From assembly GCF_009914755.1 (NCBI RefSeq), contig NC_060936.1: a stretch of DNA of 64,000 bases, one strand, 5' to 3'. This DNA comes from the human T2T-CHM13v2.0 reference genome, Homo sapiens. The position numbers and the translations under genes were made by a program. Below are positions 53,763 to 64,000 of this stretch, one piece after another; within the stretch, counting starts at the first letter, position 1, and the number at the start of each line of letters is the position of its first letter. The notes under the pieces were generated by a model that saw only the letters and a list, made by a program, of their open reading frames with translations, did no database searches and was not told the origin of the DNA.

Positions 53763-54970
53763 TTCAACTTCTTGAACAGACGAGAATGCTGGGGTCCGGA
53801 GAGAAGCCCTGACTTAGCGGATGGCACACACTATAAAGCACTGTCATTTGCAGTCCCACCAGTCTCTCAGTACCCACCCCCACTCTGCCACACACACCCC
53901 TGGGAGTCTTAGGTGTGAAATGGGTGGACTCACAGACCCCTGGGCTGCATACCTCAAAGTGTTCCAACACTCAAGGCACTGCCTGTGGTTTTTTGGGAGT
54001 GAAATAAAAACCTAACAATGGTGGGGTCACAGTCTCCAGTAGGTCACATTTTAAAAGCACTTTAGGCTCTGGAGACTTGGGGTGTGGGGAGAAGTGAAGA
54101 GAAAGCTGGGGAGCCCTGGGCCTTCCCCCATTTCTTCATATGCAGAATAATCCAGATTAGTTTACCAAGCGCGCTGATAACCACTTTAAAAACAGAGTCC
54201 CTCCTGCCTCCCCGTGGCATGGGGTAGAACCTGGCTTGAGCCCCGACACAGGCGGGCAGCCACTCCAGGATCGTTCCACACGTAAACAAAGACGAGTTTC
54301 GGTCCGATTGGCTTGATCCTGGAAGAGGAGTGGGCAGTGGAGGGAGGGGAAACCAGGCACCAAAGCAAATTCCTTCATTTCATAATTTCATCTGGCGCCC
54401 CCGTTCAATCAGCCTGCATTGTCGAGGCTTTAGGAGAGGCAGTTAGGAAAGGAGAGATACTGATCTCTCAGCCCCAGGGCAGCACTAATGGTGCCTGTCT
54501 AGACTCTGACAGGTGGAGCTGCTGAGCTAACTACGGACCTGGTGGGGGAAGTTTTCCTTGGCTTTCACGTGGCTTTGGCTGGGGAGCCCTGAGAAGGTGG
54601 CTGCCTCCTTTTTCTGAAGCCTGGCTTCCCATACGGCAGTGGCTGGGGGAGAGTGATGGAGAGAAAGGCTAAGCTAAGGTCAAAGAAAGTGGAGGAAGGC
54701 TGGCTTGTCCCGCTGGACTTGACGGCGGAGCTGCTGCAATCTCGCGGGCTGGGCCCTTGCCCCGGGTGGACCCGAGTGCCTGCGGGGAGGCGGGTGTGGC
54801 TCCCCCGGGAGGTGACAGCTGGCGGGGCCCGTAAGGAGCTGGTCTGCTCCGGCTCCCCTCTCGTAGCCGGCGCCCTGGGACCAGCGCGTGAGCACGTCTC
54901 GGAGGAGTCCGATGCGCTGGGCAGGGCCGGGTGGTCACCCCCGCCCAGCTTCCAGGGGTGACTGTGCCTC

Positions 54971-54978
54971 TGACGTCA
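54971..54978. promoter_or_regulatory. cAMP response element (CRE)
   Basis: Perfect TGACGTCA inside a 12-bp palindrome TCTGACGTCAGA (54969-54980), ~190 bp upstream of the TSS. Confidence 0.8.
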
Positions 54979-55084
54979 GACGGCTTTTGGGTCATTCCCT
55001 GGCACGGGGACTTTATTTTCATAACAGCATGAAGTGCCGTGGAACTGGAATAGGCGTGTCCTCTCCCTCGACCCTCCCCCTCCT

Positions 55085-55101
55085 TGTCCCTCTGCTCACC
55101 C
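55085..55101 (-). promoter_or_regulatory. DR5 retinoic acid response element (RAR/RXR)
   Basis: TGTCCC-TCTGC-TCACCC reads GGGTGA n5 GGGACA on the minus strand; fits the known retinoic-acid inducibility of GPRC5A. Confidence 0.8.
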
Positions 55102-55134
55102 CTCGCTCGTTCCCTCCCTCCGGCGAGGGCCGCC

Positions 55135-55141
55135 TTTATAA
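55135..55141 (+). promoter_or_regulatory. TATA-like box
   Basis: TTTATAA, an isolated AT-rich spot in the CpG island just upstream of exon 1. Confidence 0.7.
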
Positions 55142-55164
55142 CAACTGCTCAGAGTGCGAGGGCG

Positions 55165-55266
55165 GGATAGCTGTCCAAGGTCTCCCCCAGCACTGAGGAG
55201 CTCGCCTGCTGCCCTCTTGCGCGCGGGAAGCAGCACCAAGTTCACGGCCAACGCCTTGGCACTAGG
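55165..55266 (+). other. GPRC5A: GPRC5A exon 1 (5'UTR, non-coding)
   Basis: Starts ~25-30 nt after TTTATAA (55135-55141); ends at AGG|GTAAGT (55266/55267); contains no ATG. Confidence 0.85.
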
Positions 55267-55912
55267 GTAAGTGAGGCGCCAGGAGCCCAGAGCGCTGGGG
55301 CCTCCGGATTTAAATCGTCTGGGGAGAGCGGGGCGTTGGGAGGGGTGGGATAGAAGAGGAGAGAAATCCTGGTAATGGAATACAGTTGGCTATGAGAAAA
55401 AAATTCCCTAGGAAACAGTTCCTCTAGTTTAACAACTCAGATTTTTTTTTTTTTTCCCCCTTTGCGGGTTTCCTAGGCTAAGATAGAGGCAGAGAGCAAA
55501 GAGATAATCAGGGTAATAGTTTCTGCTCGGACACATTCTACAAACTTTGAGTAGATGGAATCCGGCCAGGCAGGAGGTGAGCAGCTCTGGGATCACTCTG
55601 CAGGAAAAGAATAGAGGGAGAAAGATCTCAGAGGACCCGAAGGTACTGGGAGTGGAGGGGGAGTGGGAAACAAGGGGCAGGGGCAGGAGGGAGGACACGG
55701 TGACAGCTACTATTTTACCCAGATGCTGCAAAAAGCCCTTCTGAGTTTTGGGAATTAGATCTAGAAGCCCATCCCTTTTCTCTTGATGTGTGGGCGGTCA
55801 GTTCCACTCTGGTGTGCCTTGAGTTGCTCAGAAACCTGGGACAGATGAAAGTTGAATGTGCACTGAGAGTGCACCTTCCACTACCGACTTTATGGATAGG
55901 ATTTGGGAATAG

Positions 55913-56145
<233 letters not shown>

Positions 56146-57267
56146 TAGTAGAGACGGGGTTTCCCCATGTTGGTCAGGTTGGTCTCAAACTCCCGACCTA
56201 AGGTGATCTGCCCGCCTCAGCCTCCCAAAGTGCTGGGATTACAGGTGTGAGCCCCCGCGCCCGGCCACAGATAGCTTTAAACATCCATGGGAAAGGCTAG
56301 CTAACAGCTGAAACCTGCTCAGAATCAAGGAATTTGAAGGACTTTCCATTCCTGACTTCTTTCCATTCCTGATTGTCTCCTCAGAGGCTTGTGTAAACAC
56401 CACACCTGTTGAAGGGTTCGGCCGAATCAGCCACTGCTGTGGGTTCATTCCTGAAGGGGAACACTTCAGCTACTTCAGACACAATGGGCTAGGGACCACG
56501 GGAGGGGTGAGGGCGGAGGGGGCACACACCCTCCAGGTTTGCATGCCGGTGTCTGCTAGGTGAGGGAAGGAATGAGGGGAAGGAAGGGCCGGGAGAGGCG
56601 CTACGTGGGAAACAAGGGACCTCTCCAAGGGCGTGGAGAGGTGAGTGCCTCAAGGGCAGAATGGAATGAGCAGAACCCTTTGGTTTCCCGGGAAGAGCTC
56701 TCAACCTTGAGTCAGGAAGACTGATTTCTCCTCCCAGCTCCGCAGGAACATGGAACTGTGATCAGGCAAGGGGCTGGGCCTGAGTTCCTCATAGGGGTCT
56801 TGGGGAGGCCCCCAGTTTCCCCTCCTGTGTTTCGATTCTGGCCCCTCTCCATCTGCACACGTCGCCTTGGAAGTTCTCTTTAGAACTGGCTTTTTTGTAT
56901 TCTAGTCTTGAATGGTAATCGAAGACAACAGGGTATGAAGAACAATTTTGACGGCGTGATTTTATTCTTCTCATTCTGGGTCCACTACTATTTAAAGTCC
57001 CAAGATTAAGCTGAGGAATTAATATGGTGGTATAGTAAACAATAAATTGAGGAGTATTTTTGCTTGAGGAATCTTTGACTTCCTGAGTAGTTCAGGGTGT
57101 TTGCTTCTTTTATTCTCATTTTTATTGCACTGTGGTCAGACTATATGGTCTGCACATTTCTTATTTTCTAATTCCAGATTTGTCTTTGTATTCTAAATAT
57201 GCTCATTTTTGGCAAATGTTCCTTTTGGACCATGGACCATAGTTCCTATTAAGCAATCATAATAGAG

Positions 57268-57797
57268 TAGAGATGGCAAACTATGGTCCATGGACCAAAT
57301 ATGGCCTATAGCCTCTTTCTGTAAATAAAGTGATTTTTGTTTTGTTTTGTTTTGTTTTTGTTTTCGTTTTTTTGAGATGGAGTCTCGCTCTTGCCCAGGC
57401 TGGAGCGCAGTGACGCGATCTCGGCTCACTGAAACCTCTGCCTCCCGGTTTCAAGGTTTCAAGCCATTCTCCTGCCTCAGGCTCCCAAGTAGCTGGGATT
57501 ACAGGCGCCCGCTACCACGCCTGGGTAATTTTTGTATTTTTAGTAGAGACAGGGTTTCACCATGTTGGCCAGACTGGTCTCAAACTCCTGACCTCAGGTG
57601 ATCTGCCTGCCTCGGCCTCCCAAAGTGCTGGGATCATAGGCATGAGCCACAACCTGTAATCCACTATTTTACTAAAACACAGCAATGCCCATATGTTTAT
57701 GTATCATCTATGCTGCTTTCATGCTACAAATGTGTGGCTTGCAGAGTCTTAAATTGCTTATAACCTGGCCCTTTATAGAAAATCTATGCTGATCACT
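57268..57797. mobile_element. MER58A hAT-Charlie element interrupted by an AluS
   Basis: GGCAAACTATGGTCCATGGACCAAAT...GTAAATAAAGT...CTGGCCCTTTATAGAAAA. Confidence 0.65.
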
Positions 57798-58359
57798 GAT
57801 ATAGAGGATCTGAATTATATGATTAGTAATGGAGATCTAATAAGATATGAAGATAGAGAATATTTCTATTTAAGTATCCATAGAACATTTACACAATTTT
57901 ACCATGTTCTTATTCATATTGTATATTTTATCTGCCAAGGACTGGTAAAGAAGTATGAAAGTCTCATGCAACTATAGTATTGCCTTTGGGTTCTCCTTGT
58001 ATTTTCAGCAGTTATTTATTTATTTTGAGACAGGGTCTTGCTCTGTTGCCCTGGCTGGAGTGCAGTGGCACAATCTTGGCTGACTGTAACCTCCACCTCC
58101 CAAGCTCAAGTGATCCTCTTGCCTCAGACTCTTGAGTAGCTGGGTCTACAGGCACCCACCACTACACCTGGCTAATTTTTAAATTTTTTGTAGAGATGGG
58201 GTTTTGCCATGTAGCCTAGGCTTGACTCAAACTCCTGGGCTCAAGCAATCTTCCTGCCTTCACTTCCCAAAGTGCTGGGATTATAGGTGTAAGCCTCTGT
58301 ACCCAGCCTTCAGTACTTTTTGTTTTACGTATTTTGGTGCTATATTAGTTGGTGCATAA

Positions 58360-58560
<201 letters not shown>

Positions 58561-59360
58561 TAGCAGAGACAGGGTTTCACCGTGTTAGCCAGGATGGTCT
58601 TGATCTCCTGACCTCGTGATCTGCCCGCCTCAGCCTCCCAAAGTGCTGGGATTACAGGCGTGAGCCACCGTGCCCGGCCCAGGATGGTTTTATCTTCAGT
58701 GTAGAGCATCCCTAATTATTATAAAACAAGCCTTTTGGTCAATATAATATCTTTTTGCTTTGATTACAACTTTGTATGATATTAAAACCTTAACTTCTAC
58801 TTAATTATTTTACCTTGAACAACTTACTTAACTTTGTGTCTGACACATAATACTTGTTAAATAAATATTATGTTAGTATTTCTTTTTATTTTCATTTCTT
58901 TCTGTTCTTTTGCTTTTAACTCTTGTGTATCTTTTTGTTTTAGGTTAGGTTCTTCTAGGTATGATATAGTTGAGTCTTTTTTTTTTTCAAAATAGTTACC
59001 ATTTACATTTCTTGTAATAATAGTTACTTGTTATTGTCATCTAATTTTAGGCTATATGGTTTGGTCGTCTCCATCTCCTTCTGCATTAGACAGTATATAT
59101 CATATCATATTTTTAGATCTACTAGCAACTGAGTAGATGGTAGTGCCATTCTCAGGGCTTTGAAAGATAGGCTTGTAAGGAGAGGTGATCAGTTTAGCTT
59201 TGAACTTGTTGGATCCAGTGAATATTACCCTTATGTATCAGAATAAGATATTTAAATGAAGGGATCTTTGAGAGCCTTAAGATAGTATACTAGTAGAGGG
59301 CCGGCGCGGTGGCTCACACCTGTAATCCCAGCACTTTGGGAGGCTGAGGCGGGCAGATCA

Positions 59361-59640
<280 letters not shown>

Positions 59641-60609
59641 TCACTTTATTTTCCTATTTTCTGGAAATTTCATTTCTTTGAATTCGAGCATAAGAGATTT
59701 AGAAGCTTCACTCAAATATTAAGCTTTATTTAAAAAGATGATTTCCAGTATTTCATTTTATATTCACATTAATCAAGTCTACATGTTTCGTTTAGAGTAA
59801 CAGGAAGATGGTAATACGCCCAGGGAACTATCTGGAAGTGTAGAAATTGGGATGAACACCGTGGTTATACTTGTTTTGATCTGCCTGTGGTGCTATGATG
59901 ACTTATTTTCTCTCATTATTGCATAGAAACTCAATTCAGTGATGTTATTCAGATGTTATTCATAAGTTATTGCCATGATTCATCACTTTTATGTCATCAG
60001 AGTTGGGATGGCTACCCAGAATAGGGGATCCTGGAGATTTCCCTGTAGACGCTTTGCATTTATAAATAATCCTTTATCAAGGGCAGAGGGATTTCTGTAG
60101 GACTTCTCCCTTAGAAGAACTCAGCCTGGGTAGAAATACGAGGATTAACATCAGCACATATTCATCTCCAAAAAATTTTCCTCCCCATTACTCACACTTG
60201 CCAATAAATAACTTGCTTTGGGTAAATATTCAGCACTCAGTCTTAGTCCAAAGCATTTGCTCAGCAATCACTGTGTAGAGTACAGAGTAAGGGGGATACC
60301 AACAAATAGAAGTTTGCTCTATTTTCTTAAGAAGCTTGTTGTCTGGCCAGGCACGGTGCCTCACGCCACCTTCCTATCTTCCTAGGAGATAGATGCCACA
60401 AAGAAGCTTGTTGTCTGATAGGCAGCTCAGCAGTGATATTAATTTGTAATATATAACAAAGATATGGAAAAACTTGAGTGCCAAGAAATATTTAATTGTA
60501 AAAACCATGAAGAGATCGACACATTTAGAGTGCAATAGGATTTCAAGTCCAGGTGTGATGGCTTATGCCTGTAATCCTAGCACTGTGAGAGGCTGAGGTA
60601 GGTGGATCA

Positions 60610-60945
<336 letters not shown>

Positions 60946-61259
60946 TCATAAATAGGAGGGAGAGGATCTTTCTGGTTAGGAGAATAATTCATGTGTTGAG
61001 GCAAAGAGCATTAAATGAACCCAAGTTCCCTTCCAGATGGAAAATACAGAACTCTAGGAAGATTTGCTTGCCTTGCATGGAGGTGGAGACGGGAGTTAGG
61101 GAGGAAGGAGGAGATAGGTGGGAGGACTAATTGGAGAAAGTCCTTGAAGCTCAAACTGGGGCTGGATCTGCCGTGACAGACAAAAAGGAGCGAATACGCT
61201 TCTTTTTTTTTTTTTTTTTTGAGACCATGTCTCACTCTGTTGCCTAGGCTGGAGTGTAG

Positions 61260-61430
<171 letters not shown>

Positions 61431-62562
61431 TGACCTCAGGTGATCTACCCGCCTCGGCCTCCCAAAGTTCTGGGCTCACAGGTGTGAGCCACTGCGCCCG
61501 GCCGATAATTTCTTTTTAACCTCCTTTGCGGACTCCTACCTAGATGAGATGGTGCTCCACATGGTTCTGTCCTTGGCTTCCCATGTGATCTTGTCTCCTC
61601 TTGAGGCTTCAGATACCACTCTAGGTGATGACTGCCAGTCTGTGCTTACAGCCCAAACCTCTCCTGAGCACCAACCCATATGCCCACGGTGCAGAGACAG
61701 CACAACCCAGTGTCAAGGAGCCTGGCTTTTAAGAGTCATGTAATCTTGGGCAAGTTATGTAATTTCTCTGTGCCTCAGTTTCCTCAGCTGTTAAAGGGAG
61801 GCATAATAATAGGGTTGTTGTGAGGATTAAATAACACCATATATGGCCAGGAGCAGTGGCTTGTGCCTGTAATCCCAGTACTTTGGGAGGCCGAGGCGGG
61901 CAGATCACCTGAGCCTCAGGAGTTGAAGAGCTGCCTGGGCAACATAGCGAGACCCCACCTCTACAAAAAATACAAAAAGTAGCTAGATGTGGTGGTGCGC
62001 ACCTGTCCCAGCTATTCAGGAGGCTGAGGTAGAAGGATCACCTGAGCCCAGGAAGTCGAAGCTGCCGTGAGCTGTGATTGTGCCATTGCATCACTCCAGC
62101 CTGGGCGACAGAGAGACTTTGTCTCAAAAGAAAAAAAAAAAGAAAAAAGAAAGGAAACCATATATGGCTCAGAGGAAACTCTCAAGAGGACTTGGGTCTT
62201 TTGACTTGTTATTCCTGGATAGCTCCACGTGCAGGTCGCATATTTATCAAAGAGCCAACAAAGCTACACTTAGCATCTCTCCTTTCAAGCCTGTATTTCT
62301 AGGCTCTGACAGTGGTGCCACTCAGTTGCCTAAGCCAGAAATCTGGGAGTTAACCTGGGCTTTTCCATTCCCAAAGCCCTGTCTCTTCTACCTTCATAAA
62401 AATCTCCTACCATTTCCTGTTCATCTTTCATGTTTCATCTCCCTGCTTTCTTCCCTAAAGCATTAAACATTAAAAATAATTATTTTAAAACCCCACTAGG
62501 TAGAATGGGTCACTGTTTTCCATGTGCCCTCAGCATTCCTAATGTATTCCATAACTTCTTAG

Positions 62563-62766
<204 letters not shown>

Positions 62767-64000
62767 TGATCCTGGCTAAATTAGCACCCGGCTAATTTTT
62801 AATTTCTTTTTGTACAGCGGGGGTCTCACTATGCTGCCCAGGTTGGTCTCAAACTCCTGGGCTCGAGTGGTCCTCCCATCTCTCGGCCTCTCAAAGTACT
62901 GGGATTACAGGCGTAAGCTACTGCCCCCGGCCAGGGTTGCTTGTTTTGGAGACTTCTCAGCAAGCCAATGCTTGAATATATGGTGGTTTAAATGGAGAGA
63001 GGTTGGGGTCAGGGAGAAAAGCTCTAGAGATGATGACAGTGATTTAGAGGTGAAAAGGAGGATTGAATTATGATTATGACTACTTATAAAGAGCTATTCT
63101 TTCTGACCATGTGACACTGGACATGTACCTTCCTCACTCTGTTAGGTTTCTCACCTATAAAATGGGCTGTAGGAATGTTAAATGAGGTAATGGATGTAAA
63201 AGCATGTAAATGAGAGAATATGTGTAAAAATACATAACTACTCAGCATAGTGCCTGACTCATAATAGGACTCAGGAGGTGACAGTAGCTGTCATTATTCT
63301 TACTCATAATTACATCATGACTGTTATTACTACTGATTGAATGTAGCAATTCGAGAATAGAGAAAAAATGAAAATGCTAGAAAGTCACACATTTTCAGGG
63401 CTGGGCTGGCGCGAAGACACATTTTGACAGAATGAGAGAAATCTCATAGGAAGGAAGACAAAGTCAGTTTGTCTTTGCAAGGTTCTGGGCCCCAGATGAT
63501 TCATTCTCAGATGCTCTGGGAAGGACTGCGTAGAATAAGCATGGGCAAACTTCCAGGCCTAGTCACAAGCAACTCTACACACTTTCCCCATCTCTCTGGT
63601 TGCGAAGAGGAGTCTCAGGTTAGAAACCCAAAGCGGGAGACTCATCACATGTTCACGTTTGTCCCTGCACAGTGGTCAGTGCTGTGTGTCAGTCAAGGCC
63701 ATGTCTAGGGTCAGCGCTGCTCCAGGAGCCTCTGGCTTTGTCCTTCAGGTGGGCAGTCCCTTGCTGTGTCTCTTCTTCAGACCCTTCAACCTTACCTCTA
63801 GCCCTGGCTTTTAGTTTGGGTAGGAGTTTGTGGCACATACTCTTTTAATGACAGGAGATGGGGCAAGAATGAGGATGAGGGGGAGAAAGAAAGACATCTG
63901 GAAGTTTTGTACATGAAGCTCCCCAGGTGGGTGAACGGTGGAGCTGAACATGAGTTCAGACCACGTAGTTCAGCAGCGTGTCCTGCATTTTATAGATGAG

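Larger units (their letters stand above)
54650..55340. promoter_or_regulatory. CpG island / GPRC5A promoter
   Basis: High GC with dense non-Alu CpGs and GC boxes, spanning the TSS and exon 1; boundaries estimated by eye. Confidence 0.85.

Noticed and set aside
54653-55196. Overlapping ~70-117 aa ORFs in the GPRC5A promoter
   Set aside because: Expected in stop-poor CpG-island DNA; no recognisable protein.

Overview
Human, extremely Alu-rich genomic DNA. From recalled sequence I place it at 12p13, immediately upstream of GPRC5A (RAIG1) and into its 5' end. About 55 kb of intergenic DNA comes first, then the GPRC5A CpG-island promoter (CRE, DR5 RARE, TATA-like box), non-coding exon 1 (donor at 55267) and the first ~8.7 kb of intron 1. 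No coding exon of a canonical gene is in the window. The intergenic part holds four processed pseudogenes: RPL37A (- strand, 5' end tandemly duplicated); a hidden LLPH retrocopy (- strand, split by three Alus, nested in an old L1); a tailless RPS6 retrocopy nested in a THE1 LTR; and an ORF-intact RPL13A retrocopy (RPL13AP20) nested in an LTR8 solo LTR. Other repeats are MST/MLT1/ERVL LTRs, Tigger3b, MER47, MER33, MER58A, L1 fragments, microsatellites and a near-pristine AluYa8. Nearly all ORF-track entries are Alu, L1 or microsatellite artefacts. I found no convincing wholly new biological system; the best leads are unusual retrotransposition products and candidate enhancer modules. Family and gene names come from recalled consensus sequences, not a database search.
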